In this document: piece after piece, positions 9,195 through 17,679 of the stretch
How the letters are laid out: each line of letters opens with the position of its first letter
How positions within the stretch are numbered: position 1 is the first letter of the stretch
DNA from: Candidatus Omnitrophota bacterium
Lineage (GTDB): Bacteria; Omnitrophota; Gorgyraeia; Gygaellales; Profunditerraquicolaceae
Assembly (NCBI GenBank): GCA_026387455.1
Contig: JAPLLR010000017.1
Span: 5,635 to 69,634, forward strand
Length of the DNA stretch: 64,000 nucleotides
Direction of reading: 5' to 3'
Made by a program: the position numbers and the translations under genes
Notes under the pieces: generated by a model
Told to the model about the DNA's origin: nothing
The model's database searches: none
The model's input: the letters and a program-made list of their open reading frames with translations, nothing else

Positions 9195-11502
9195 TAGTGA
9201 TCTTAACCAGATAATCCCTAGCCACAGTCTCCTTAGGAGCAAGTATCAGGATCTTAGTAAAATAGTCCTGCGCACTCATATAATCGCCTTCTGAATAAGC
9301 GGCAAAAGCCCGTTGATAAAGATACCCCACCACCCCATCCTGCGTATATTCAGGAGCGCGCTTCTTGGCGGAAACGGATTTTGGCTCTTGTCTTACCGGC
9401 TTGGGCTTTTGCACGGAAATCTTTTTAATAGCGCCTGGTTGCTCTTTAGTATAAGGGGCCGGCTGAGAAGGTTTCTCGCTCCTGGCCATGAGCGCTGCCT
9501 CCTTTTGCTTTGCCTGTTCCCGCTGTTTTTCCATCTGTTCTTCCTGCTTAGCCAGCTGTAGGCGGGCAACTTCCTGCTGCTGAAGCTGCTGCTGACGCTG
9601 CTGCTTGACTACTTTATTCTTAACAACTTCCTGCTGCTTCTGCTGTTTAGCTGCCTGCTGACGGAACTTCTCCTGCCTGGTCAGCTGCTCCTGTTCTAAT
9701 TGCTGACGGTTGGATTCCTCCTGCCAACGCATTTCTTCCTGCTGAGCCAGACGCGCCTGAGACTCATCTTCCCTGACAAGCTTTAATTGATTGGGGATCT
9801 TTTCTTCAAGATAAAGGCGCGCCTGCTGCTGTTTGGAATCCATGCTAAGTATTTGATCGAAACATTCTATTGAAGACTGGTAATCCTGGATATCAAAAGC
9901 GGCCAAAGCCTGGCCGTAAAGGGCTTTGATGTTTTCTTCTCTTAAAGCCTGCGGGATCTTTGTCTGCACAAATTCCTGTGCCTCTAATTCGCCCGGAGAA
10001 AGCGCCAATATCTCTCTAAACTTAGCGTCGGCATAAACAAAATCCCGATTACTGAAATCTCCAAGCGCCTGACTATAAAGAACATTTATCTTTACCAGCT
10101 TGAGTTTCTCCGGAATTTTTACCTGCAGATATTCTTTCGCCTCCTCCTGCGAATTATCTAGCGCCAGAATATCCTTAAAAAGAACCTCTGCCTTGGGATA
10201 ATCCCCGACACTAAAAAACTCAACAGCGTCTTTATAAATATCCTTGATCTTAAGCTGCTTACGCACTTCGGGGATCTTGGCCTGGATGTACTGGATCGCC
10301 TCTGCCTGCGCCGGATCAAGCACCAAAGCCCTGTTGAATATTTCTTCGGCAGCATCATACTGCTGGTTATTGAAAGCTGCAGAGCCATCGTCCAGCAGGC
10401 CTTTTACTTTCTGATCCCTAATCAATCCAGGGATTTTGATTTCCACGTATTCCTTAGCCTCAGCCTGCTTAAGATCTAAAGACAAAATGTCATAGAATAT
10501 CTGCTTTGCCTTATCAAGCTCCTGGTTGTTAAAAGCGGTCAATGCGTCTTTATACAAAACCGCGATCCTCTGCTCTTTAAGCTTCTGCGGAATGCTGACC
10601 TCAAGGTATTCTTTGGCCTTAAACTGGTCCTGGTCAATGGCCAGGATCTCCCTGCAATAATTTGCCGCCTGATCGTAATTAGCGCCGTTAAAAGCCGTAG
10701 CTGCCTGCTGGAAAAGATTATCGATCTTTTCTTTCTTTACGATAAAAGCTATCTTGGCCTCAGCATCATCCCTAATCGCCTTCTGGTCAGGAAATATAGC
10801 CAGCACTTCATTAAACAACTTTACGGCTTTTCCATAATCGCCTATTTCGAAATATTCCAGCCCCTCCTTATAGAGCGACTTTACCTTCTGCTCCTTTACC
10901 AGCTGGGGTATCCGGTCCTGAAAATAATATTTGGCCTCTTTTTCTCCGGGGTCAATGGCCAGGATCGCCTTAAAGATCTCGCTGGCCTGTTCAAAGTTTT
11001 GGCCAAAGAATCGGCTATAGGCCTCCTTATATAGGTAAGCGACCTGATCCTTCTTCTGACGCTCCTTGATCTTATCGGCGCGCTTACTCTCTTTTTCGCC
11101 TTTCGGGCCGCCAATGCGCTCTGCTTTAGTCAGAATATCTATGATCTCCCGCGCCATATTAGCCCTACGCCTTAAATCCTTATCCTTAGTCTCCTGGGCG
11201 ACCTTATTATAAAGAATAAGGGCACTTTCGTACTCACCCAGCTGATAAAGATAATTGGCATCGGCAAACATCTGTTCCGGGGATTTATTCTTGATTTCAA
11301 TAAAGCTTGAGGCGTCCAGCTTGGGCTTGGGCTTAGCCTTGGGCTGCTCTTTGGCAGTGGCTTCAGTAGTAGCCTTTACTTCCGGTGCTTCAGCACAATG
11401 CCCCAAAAGGCACCAGCTAAAGATAAAAACCAGGAACAAAAATCCTAAAATCAGGTATTGGCTCTCTTGAGGATACATAAACGCGCTTGACTGTCTTCTC
11501 AT
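9187..11502 (-). CDS. Secreted repeat protein of about 770 aa. It has at least 7 tandem 53-aa TPR-like repeats, then a Gln/Glu/Lys-rich coiled-coil and basic segment, then a terminal TPR-like unit. It is co-oriented with tpsB and overlaps its start by 8 nt.
   Basis: ORF 9187..11553; the likely start is MRRQSS at 11502, with an AGGAAGG RBS upstream. The N-terminus is a signal peptide (YLILGFLFLVFIFSWCLLGHCAEA). Repeat consensus is xEAKEYLxxKIPxxLKxxKIxxLYxxALxxFxxxDYxxAxxxFxxILxLDxxQ. The C-terminal part contains ...QQEEMRWQEESNRQQLEQEQLTRQEKFRQQAAKQQKQQEVVKNKVVKQQRQQQLQQQ... Confidence 0.55.
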   Translation of the reverse strand: MRRQSSAFMYPQESQYLILGFLFLVFIFSWCLLGHCAEAPEVKATTEATAKEQPKAKPKPKLDASSFIEIKNKSPEQMFADANYLYQLGEYESALILYNKVAQETKDKDLRRRANMAREIIDILTKAERIGGPKGEKESKRADKIKERQKKDQVAYLYKEAYSRFFGQNFEQASEIFKAILAIDPGEKEAKYYFQDRIPQLVKEQKVKSLYKEGLEYFEIGDYGKAVKLFNEVLAIFPDQKAIRDDAEAKIAFIVKKEKIDNLFQQAATAFNGANYDQAANYCREILAIDQDQFKAKEYLEVSIPQKLKEQRIAVLYKDALTAFNNQELDKAKQIFYDILSLDLKQAEAKEYVEIKIPGLIRDQKVKGLLDDGSAAFNNQQYDAAEEIFNRALVLDPAQAEAIQYIQAKIPEVRKQLKIKDIYKDAVEFFSVGDYPKAEVLFKDILALDNSQEEAKEYLQVKIPEKLKLVKINVLYSQALGDFSNRDFVYADAKFREILALSPGELEAQEFVQTKIPQALREENIKALYGQALAAFDIQDYQSSIECFDQILSMDSKQQQARLYLEEKIPNQLKLVREDESQARLAQQEEMRWQEESNRQQLEQEQLTRQEKFRQQAAKQQKQQEVVKNKVVKQQRQQQLQQQEVARLQLAKQEEQMEKQREQAKQKEAALMARSEKPSQPAPYTKEQPGAIKKISVQKPKPVRQEPKSVSAKKRAPEYTQDGVVGYLYQRAFAAYSEGDYMSAQDYFTKILILAPKETVARDYLVKITNG

Positions 11503-11786
11503 ATGCCTTCCTTTTTTATTTATTGTCAACCAAATAATAAATTTAGTTGACAAATCACGACTATCCCTTTACAGGACAATCGTACGGTGACAAACCGCCT
11601 GTTGGATTATATACCAGATTTTACTATTTTGTCAATTGATATTTTTGTTCAAGGTAAGCTGGGTTGCAAGGGATTACGAAAGGAAAATTCTCTCGACGCA
11701 AAAGTGTTTTGAATAAATTATAAATAAGCTGAATTTGCATAATATTTTTAAAAAACTGGTAAAGCATGACATTAACTAGGAAGAAA

Positions 11787-12692
11787 TTAAAACTTATGCT
11801 GGACTAGATAGCGGAATGCGCTAAGGCAGGCTTTGGAGCCTTCCCCGGCAGCAATAATGATCTGTTTCTCCGGAACATCCGTGACATCGCCGGCGGCAAA
11901 TATCCCGGGAATATTAGTTTCGTTACGGCAATTTATAATTATTTCCTGCAGTTGATTTCTTGCTATGGCTTTGGCGAATTCCGAGTTGGGCAGAAGACCT
12001 ATCTCGACAAACACGCCTTGGACGGCAAGGGTTTCCTCTTTTCCTTGCCTCAAAATTTTAATCCCGCTTACAAACTTATCGCCGAGTATCCCGGTCACCT
12101 GAGCGCTGTTTAACACCGTGACCTTGCTATCCACTTCCACCTGCTCGCGCATCACCGCGTCACCACCCAGAGCGTCGGTAATATTAACTAGTGTTACACG
12201 CTTTGCGAACCTTCTCAGCTGCAATACCGCATCCAACGCAGAGTTTCCTCCTCCGATGACCGCTACATCTTTATTAGCGAATATCGGTCCGTCACAGGTA
12301 GCGCAGTAAGTCAGTCCATGGTTCTTGAATTCTTTCTCACCCGTCACGTTCAGCTCTTTGGTCCTTTTTCCGGAAGCGATAATCACAGACCTTGCTTCAT
12401 ATGAGGCCTTGTCAGTAGTAACAATAATGACCTCGCCCGTTTTGCTAATATCCCTGACCACCTCATCCGCCTTAAGCGGAATATCGTATTTACGCATATG
12501 CTCTTCAAACTTGGCAGCCAGCTCCGGGCCGGTAATAAACTGATACCCGGTATAATTCTCGATATCCCCGCTCCAGGCCGCCTGGCCGCCGATATCCTTA
12601 GAGATCACCAGGAATTCAATTTTCTTGCGCGCCGCATAAACTGAGGCAGTGATCCCGGCTGGACCGGCTCCGATAATAATCAAATCATACAT
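11787..12692 (-). CDS. trxB: Thioredoxin-disulfide reductase (pyridine nucleotide-disulfide oxidoreductase).
   Basis: 301 aa. N-terminal FAD motif IIGAGPAG, redox-active CATCDG motif, second GGGNSA dinucleotide-binding motif. Confidence 0.75.
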   Translation of the reverse strand: MYDLIIIGAGPAGITASVYAARKKIEFLVISKDIGGQAAWSGDIENYTGYQFITGPELAAKFEEHMRKYDIPLKADEVVRDISKTGEVIIVTTDKASYEARSVIIASGKRTKELNVTGEKEFKNHGLTYCATCDGPIFANKDVAVIGGGNSALDAVLQLRRFAKRVTLVNITDALGGDAVMREQVEVDSKVTVLNSAQVTGILGDKFVSGIKILRQGKEETLAVQGVFVEIGLLPNSEFAKAIARNQLQEIIINCRNETNIPGIFAAGDVTDVPEKQIIIAAGEGSKACLSAFRYLVQHKF

Positions 12693-12693
12693 T

Positions 12694-12930
12694 TTAAATC
12701 CCTAAAGCGTTCCTGATCTTGCTCACATCGTAACCAACGATAATCACTCCTTCGATATCCAGGACCGGCACGCCCATCTGCCCGGACTTAGCCACCATCT
12801 CTTCAGCAGCTTTTTCATCTTGCCCTACATCAATATCCTCAAAAACGATATTGTTATCTTTTAAAAACTGCTTTGTCCGAATACACCAGGGGCATGTTGG
12901 AGTGCTGTAAACTTTCACTGACTTTGACAT
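12694..12930 (-). CDS. Glutaredoxin-like protein (NrdH/YruB-type, CPWC active site).
   Basis: 78 aa; VKVYSTPTCPWCIRTKQFL...GVPVL thioredoxin-fold signature. Confidence 0.7.
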   Translation of the reverse strand: MSKSVKVYSTPTCPWCIRTKQFLKDNNIVFEDIDVGQDEKAAEEMVAKSGQMGVPVLDIEGVIIVGYDVSKIRNALGI

Positions 12931-12942
12931 CTTCTTCTCTCC

Positions 12943-13419
12943 TTAAGTTCTGGACTTTAAGTCAATAAGCTGTTTTAAATGATGCTGCTCCTGGCGGATC
13001 AATTCATCGATCACTTTTTGGTCATAATCAGGGACGATTTTTTTCATCCCCTCGTAGAAAACAATGGAATCTTCTTCAAACCCGATGCCTCTTTGTATCG
13101 CATCCTCCTTGGTCTTAATTGTCCTTGCGATCTCTTCACCCTTATTTTTCTGAGTAAAGATATGCTCTGCGGCCAGGCTTCTCATGTAAGCGCTGTATTC
13201 ATCAGCATCCAGGCCCTGCGGCTCATATTTTTCAACCTTGTCCAATATCCCCTGAAAAACCTTAACATGCTTCTCTTCTTCTATCGCTAAAAACTCAAAT
13301 ACTTGGCTTGCCGTAGTAGCTTTAAATTGCTTTGCCAACGTATTATAAAAGTCCCTGCCGTTTTTCTCGATCTGTATCCCCAGTTCCACCACTTCACTGG
13401 CAGAAAATATATTTCCCAT
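12943..13419 (-). CDS. Ferritin-like / rubrerythrin-like diiron protein.
   Basis: 158 aa with ExxH-type motifs (LAIEEEKH, LAAEHIF, RQEQHH) typical of rubrerythrin-type four-helix bundles. An AGGAGGG RBS lies immediately upstream. Confidence 0.5.
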   Translation of the reverse strand: MGNIFSASEVVELGIQIEKNGRDFYNTLAKQFKATTASQVFEFLAIEEEKHVKVFQGILDKVEKYEPQGLDADEYSAYMRSLAAEHIFTQKNKGEEIARTIKTKEDAIQRGIGFEEDSIVFYEGMKKIVPDYDQKVIDELIRQEQHHLKQLIDLKSRT

Positions 13420-13473
13420 ATACCCTCCTTGCGCAAAAAGCGCAACACTGGCCTATCCTTTAAGGCCAGGTGT
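13420..13473 (-). promoter_or_regulatory. Conserved structured 5' leader, copy 1. On the mRNA it forms two hairpins directly upstream of the GGAGGG RBS and ATG of the rubrerythrin-like gene.
   Basis: Plus-strand reads accctccttgcgcaaaaagcgcaacactggcctatcctttaaggccaggtgt. TTGCGC-AAAAA-GCGCAA is a perfect hairpin. cactggcc...ggccaggtg forms a second hairpin. The same 55-nt leader recurs at 17680-17734 with a compensatory change. Confidence 0.55.
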
Positions 13474-13507
13474 AGCAGAAAGCTGCACCCCAGCTAAAAG
13501 GTATGCT

Positions 13508-13536
13508 GGGTGCGTCCTTTTTAGGACGCAACACCC
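13508..13536 (-). terminator. Rho-independent terminator candidate after the PNPOx-like gene.
   Basis: gggtgcgtcc-ttttta-ggacgcaacaccc stem-loop, with a U-rich run following on the minus strand. Confidence 0.45.
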
Positions 13537-13559
13537 GCCAATCCTTTATGGCGAGGTAC

Positions 13560-14018
13560 TTACTTAATATTCTTCGGCGTTAAATCCACTATCTCTTCTA
13601 TGTCTATTTCGATCATATATTTAGGGTCAGGCAGAAGCGCTTCCGGATGGGCCTTGTGGCCTTTCTCCTCATGGATATTCCTTAAAAGCCGCTGCGCCAG
13701 CCTCCCGGCAATTTTATCTTCCCAGGCTTTGAGAATATCCGCGGTCAACTCTTCTTTAGACACCAGCCGGGCCTTACCTTTAAGACAGTAACCTGAGAAT
13801 TTATGTTCATTTACCGCGGTAATACTTACGTGGGGATTATGAACCAGATTCTTGTAGGTTTCGGCGTGGTAAACATCCAGAAGAAAGACCTTGCCTTCAA
13901 CTTTAACCTTGATTATATCCTTACAGGCACTGTGGGCATAGCCTTTAGCGTCGATGGTCGAAACGATCACAAACCCCTGATTTGTTAGAAAATTTATTAC
14001 GTCTTGCGAAATCTGCAT
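13560..14018 (-). CDS. Pyridoxamine 5'-phosphate oxidase family (FMN-binding split-barrel) protein.
   Basis: 152 aa; N-terminal pattern VINFLTNQGFVIVSTIDAKGYAH typical of PNPOx-like flavin proteins. Confidence 0.5.
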   Translation of the reverse strand: MQISQDVINFLTNQGFVIVSTIDAKGYAHSACKDIIKVKVEGKVFLLDVYHAETYKNLVHNPHVSITAVNEHKFSGYCLKGKARLVSKEELTADILKAWEDKIAGRLAQRLLRNIHEEKGHKAHPEALLPDPKYMIEIDIEEIVDLTPKNIK

Positions 14019-14022
14019 AGGG

Positions 14023-14202
14023 TTATTCTTTAGGAAGAGTTTTAATCAAATGTTGGAGAAACTCTTTATGCTTTATTTCTTCGGCGACCAGGAAATTAAA
14101 AGTCTCTCTGACCTCGGGAAGCTCGCTGGCAAACTGCTTGTATTTATCTATCGCCACCAGCTCCATGGATAACGCTAAGTTTAACGCCTCAACCGGTCTC
14201 AT
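14023..14202 (-). CDS. Unannotated 59-aa ferritin-like (single ExxH motif) small protein.
   Basis: Hand translation gives MRPVEALNLALSMELVAIDKYKQFASELPEVRETFNFLVAEEIKHKEFLQHLIKTLPKE. The start ATG overlaps the stop region of the flavodiiron gene (GGTTAATAATG). It is below the ORF-track length cutoff. Confidence 0.45.
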   Translation of the reverse strand: MRPVEALNLALSMELVAIDKYKQFASELPEVRETFNFLVAEEIKHKEFLQHLIKTLPKE

Positions 14203-14204
14203 TA

Positions 14205-15398
14205 TTAACCCCCTTTTATCTTTGCGGCAAACTCTTTGCCGAATTCATAGCAGCGTTTTGATTCTGCTTCATCCGGAACATACTTTATCCCAATCCCTGG
14301 CTGGGCCAGAGTCAAACCGGATCTATTAATCAACTCTTCAAGATCCTTTACTGCTCCGCCTGCCCACCCGAATGAACCAAATGCCGCAGCAATCCTGTTT
14401 TTAGGAGTTAACCCTCTGACAAATTCCAGAAACCCCGCCATAGAAGGAAGCATGCTGTTATCGTGCGTGGAAGAACCGAAAATAAACCCTTTGGAATCCA
14501 GCATCTCCTTAATTATCTCTGTGCGATCAGAAGTAGTTACGTCAAATATCTTAACGCTCACTCCGGATTCAAGGATACCATCAGCAATCTTACGCGCCAT
14601 CTTTTCAGTCGAGCCCCACATAGTTTCATAAGCGATCACTACTTTAGGCATGGCTGAATTCTTTGCCCAATAAACGTATTTTTCAACTATTTGCATGGGG
14701 TCCTTGCGCCAGATCACTCCGTGGCTGGGAGCAATTATTTTTATAGGTAGCCCCATTTTTTTGACCTCTTCGATCTTCTTCAAGATAATCACCCCTAATG
14801 GCCAAAGAATATTGCCGTAATATTTTGCCGCCTCATCCCAAAGCGAACACTGATCCACCTCATCAGCAAAACGCTCGGAGGTAGCGAAATGCTGACCAAA
14901 AGCGTCATTAGGCATGAGCAAGGCATCTTCCGGGCAATAAGTAAACATACTATCCGGCCAGTGGATCATGGGGACCTCAAGAAAACTTAAAGTTCTTTTG
15001 CCCAGCTTCAAGGTATCCCCGGTTTTTACTACCTGAAAATCCCAGTTTTCGTAATAGTTTTTAAACAAACCTTCTTTACATTTTTGTGTGCCCAGGACTT
15101 TTGCTTTCGAACAGAGCTTCATTAATTCCGGCAGCGCTCCGGAGTGATCCGTCTCTACGTGGTTAGCGATCACATAATCTATTTTTTCAGGCGGAATTAT
15201 CTGCTTTATATTCTCAATAAGTTCAGCGGAGAATGAGCCTAAAACCGTATCCACCAGAGCGATTTTTTCGTCTATTATCAAATAGGCATTATAGGTAGTG
15301 CCACGCTTAGTAGTATAGGTGTGGCCGTGAAAGGTGCGTACGTTCCAGTCGATCACACCGATAGAGTAGAGGTTATCTAAAATCTTAATTGCGGACAT
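14205..15398 (-). CDS. Flavodiiron protein (FprA / rubredoxin:oxygen oxidoreductase type; metallo-beta-lactamase-like domain plus flavodoxin domain).
   Basis: 397 aa. HxExDH-type diiron motif (ANHVETDHSGALP) in the N-terminal MBL-like domain; C-terminal flavodoxin-like domain (KVVIAYETMWGSTEKMA). Confidence 0.8.
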   Translation of the reverse strand: MSAIKILDNLYSIGVIDWNVRTFHGHTYTTKRGTTYNAYLIIDEKIALVDTVLGSFSAELIENIKQIIPPEKIDYVIANHVETDHSGALPELMKLCSKAKVLGTQKCKEGLFKNYYENWDFQVVKTGDTLKLGKRTLSFLEVPMIHWPDSMFTYCPEDALLMPNDAFGQHFATSERFADEVDQCSLWDEAAKYYGNILWPLGVIILKKIEEVKKMGLPIKIIAPSHGVIWRKDPMQIVEKYVYWAKNSAMPKVVIAYETMWGSTEKMARKIADGILESGVSVKIFDVTTSDRTEIIKEMLDSKGFIFGSSTHDNSMLPSMAGFLEFVRGLTPKNRIAAAFGSFGWAGGAVKDLEELINRSGLTLAQPGIGIKYVPDEAESKRCYEFGKEFAAKIKGG

Positions 15399-15409
15399 TG
15401 CATTCTCCT

Positions 15410-16117
15410 TTAATATCCTTGGAAGTTCTCAGTCACGATCTGCTCTTTAGGTAATAACAGCTCATCACTCAGCATCTTGCGCATAGCCTCTACCATCCCC
15501 GGAGGCCCGCAGAGGAAAAATTTGCGCTCCTTGTAATCAGAAACTTCATTTCTTATGATCGAAGCATTTATATATCCAACCGAGCATTTAAACCCCGGTT
15601 CTGTCTCGCACAATACATGCGCTACCCTCAGTTTAGGGTACATTTTTTGCATGGCGCTTAAGTCGTCCTTAAAGACAATATCCTTAACAGAGCGATTGGA
15701 ATATACCAGCACTATATCAACCCCCAGATTTCTATCCACCACATCCTTGGTGATACTACGTAGCGGAGTTATCCCGATACCTCCGGAAAGAAAGGCGATT
15801 TTTCCAGCAGGATTATCCTCCAACGTAAATTTGCCAAACGGATACTGAATCTGTAATTCGTCCCCCGGCTTCAACGCATCCATAGCTTTTGAAAAATCAC
15901 TCTGGCTTAATTTCTTAGTGAACTCCAGATGGCATTTCTCGGAAGGTGAGCTTGAAATGGATAGATAGTGCTTCAGCTGCGGATTATTTTGCAGGGTGAC
16001 CTGTAATAATTGGCCGGCCTTGAAATTTATGTCTTGAACCCGCTCAACGCGCACGCTTTTGACATTGTAGTTACGCTGGATAATCTCAATTACCTTCGTC
16101 GCTACTTCCGCCGGCAT
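15410..16117 (-). CDS. FNR-like FAD/NAD(P)-binding oxidoreductase, the probable NAD(P)H-dependent reductase partner of the rubredoxin/FDP/SOR chain.
   Basis: 235 aa. Ferredoxin-reductase-type module signatures: LSGGIGITP NAD-binding glycine motif and CGPPGM near the C-terminus. Confidence 0.6.
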   Translation of the reverse strand: MPAEVATKVIEIIQRNYNVKSVRVERVQDINFKAGQLLQVTLQNNPQLKHYLSISSSPSEKCHLEFTKKLSQSDFSKAMDALKPGDELQIQYPFGKFTLEDNPAGKIAFLSGGIGITPLRSITKDVVDRNLGVDIVLVYSNRSVKDIVFKDDLSAMQKMYPKLRVAHVLCETEPGFKCSVGYINASIIRNEVSDYKERKFFLCGPPGMVEAMRKMLSDELLLPKEQIVTENFQGY

Positions 16118-16119
16118 AT

Positions 16120-16971
16120 CTAGAATCCCAATTCATCGATTATTTTCGACATTATAAAATCATTTTCTGTAAGACCGCCTGCAACATGAGTAGTCAGGGT
16201 AATCCTCACCTTATTATAAATTATGGTAATGGTCGGATGATGTCCCTGTTCTTCGGCAATCACCGCAACCAGGTCCAGAAAATACTTGGCCTCTATAAAA
16301 TTCTTAAATTTGAATTCTTTGACCAGCTTTTTATCCTCAACCAACTCCCAGCCGCTGCGCTGGGCGAGAAGTTTCTCGATTTTATCTTTTGGTAAAGCTG
16401 CAACTGCGCCCTCACAAGGCTTGCATTTTACAGGAGAAGTTTCCTGCACAGCTATCGAGGGATTCTTTAAAACTTCTGCCAAACTCTTAAGCACATCATC
16501 GTAATCAGGGGATTTGGTTATTTCTGTAACCAGCTGAAAATAACGCACCACATCAGCCTTATCCACAATGATCACGCTGCGGCCCAGAAGATTCAGTTCC
16601 TTTATAAGCAACCCATAGTTAATCCCAAACGAAGTAGTCTGGTAGTCAGAAACTACCTGGACATTCTTAATACCGAATGTCTCACAAAAGCGCTTCTGGG
16701 CAAAAGGAAGATCCTTGCTGATTCCGACTATCACCACGTCAGAAAATAGGCCCGTAGCGCGCTTGTTGAATTCTTTAACCTGCAGGTCGCAAACCGGAGT
16801 ATCAATAGATGGGAAGGATGTGATGACCTTGATTTTACCTTTGAAATCCTCAAGGGTAATCGGCAAAAGGTCCTGTGAAACGACCCTGAATCCCGGAGCA
16901 CTAGCGCCGACCCTGACAGGCCTGCCCACCAGCGTCAGCGGATTTCCCTGAAAAGTTACTTTACCTGACAT
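16120..16971 (-). CDS. tpx: Fusion protein. N-terminal thiol peroxidase (Tpx, atypical 2-Cys peroxiredoxin) joined to a C-terminal pterin-4a-carbinolamine dehydratase (PCD/DCoH)-like domain.
   Basis: Residues 1-165 align along their length with E. coli Tpx (VTFQGNPLTL..., SFPSIDTPVCDLQ, DLPFAQKRFC, VTEITKSPDYDDVL). Residues about 200-283 carry the PCD signature (GW...FKFKNF..A..F...VA..AEEQGHHPTITIIYNKVRITLTTHVAGGLTENDF). Confidence 0.7.
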   Translation of the reverse strand: MSGKVTFQGNPLTLVGRPVRVGASAPGFRVVSQDLLPITLEDFKGKIKVITSFPSIDTPVCDLQVKEFNKRATGLFSDVVIVGISKDLPFAQKRFCETFGIKNVQVVSDYQTTSFGINYGLLIKELNLLGRSVIIVDKADVVRYFQLVTEITKSPDYDDVLKSLAEVLKNPSIAVQETSPVKCKPCEGAVAALPKDKIEKLLAQRSGWELVEDKKLVKEFKFKNFIEAKYFLDLVAVIAEEQGHHPTITIIYNKVRITLTTHVAGGLTENDFIMSKIIDELGF

Positions 16972-16980
16972 AGCCGCTTC

Positions 16981-17139
16981 CTATAGTTTCCCGAACATAT
17001 CTTTGCCCACTCCGCAATCAGGGCAGACCCATGTGTCCGGCAATGCCGCAAAGCTTGTTCCGGGCTTTATGCCTTGAGTATCATCTCCTACAGCAGGGTC
17101 ATAGATATATCCGCATACAGTGCACTTATATTTATCCAT
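16981..17139 (-). CDS. rub: Rubredoxin (52 aa), not in the ORF track.
   Basis: Hand translation gives [52 protein letters not shown]. It has the two CxxCG knuckles and the rubredoxin aromatic core. Confidence 0.85.
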   Translation of the reverse strand: MDKYKCTVCGYIYDPAVGDDTQGIKPGTSFAALPDTWVCPDCGVGKDMFGKL

Positions 17140-17157
17140 GATATCTCCTTCCTTCGC

Positions 17158-17553
17158 TTACGCTATTTCAATTTTTTTAGAGCTTTGCCAGAGTCCGTGA
17201 ATATTACAATATGAAACAGCTAGAAGTGTACCGCTCTTCTCGGTCTTAAAGACACAGATAGCCTCAGGGTTAGTGTAAATAGTGCTGGTGCTTGGGCCCT
17301 GAGTCGACTCCCCGTGCGCGCCAAACTCAAATCTACCTATCTGGTATGGAAACTTCTCTCCGTCAGCCTGAAAATAAAGCGCTGCCCAGCTGATATGATG
17401 CTCGGTGGTATTGGGATGAGCTATCTCTTTACCGATAGTAACAACTATCTTAACCGCATCGCCTTTTTTTATTTTATCAGGGGCGTCGATCACCGGAACA
17501 TGTTTTTCGGTTTTCCAGTCCGCCGTCTGCAAAAGATCTTTTAATTCTGACAT
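17158..17553 (-). CDS. sor: Superoxide reductase (desulfoferrodoxin / neelaredoxin family).
   Basis: 131 aa. EKHVPVI motif and His/Cys ligands (HPNTTEHHISW, YCNIHGLW) of the SOR iron-binding domain. Confidence 0.75.
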   Translation of the reverse strand: MSELKDLLQTADWKTEKHVPVIDAPDKIKKGDAVKIVVTIGKEIAHPNTTEHHISWAALYFQADGEKFPYQIGRFEFGAHGESTQGPSTSTIYTNPEAICVFKTEKSGTLLAVSYCNIHGLWQSSKKIEIA

Positions 17554-17610
17554 GATTGCCTCCTAAAAATGCGTCCGGGCACAGCCTAAAAGCCATGCCC
17601 GGACATAAGC

Positions 17611-17679
17611 TTATTTCTTCTTTTTCTTTGCCTTTTTCTTGGGTTTCTTAGCCTTGCATCCGCAGCTTCCACAAGCCAT
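17611..17679 (-). CDS. Candidate 22-aa Cys-rich, Lys-rich microprotein.
   Basis: ATG preceded by GGAGGG and by leader copy 2. Translation is MACGSCGCKAKKPKKKAKKKKK. Confidence 0.3.
   Translation of the reverse strand: MACGSCGCKAKKPKKKAKKKKK

Noticed and set aside
9313-11470. Plus-strand ORFs 9313..9561 and 11255..11470, and minus ORFs 10158..10388 and 10896..11114, inside the TPR-repeat gene.
   Set aside because: They are out-of-frame or antisense to a long repeat-rich ORF whose periodic 53-aa repeat only appears in the annotated frame.
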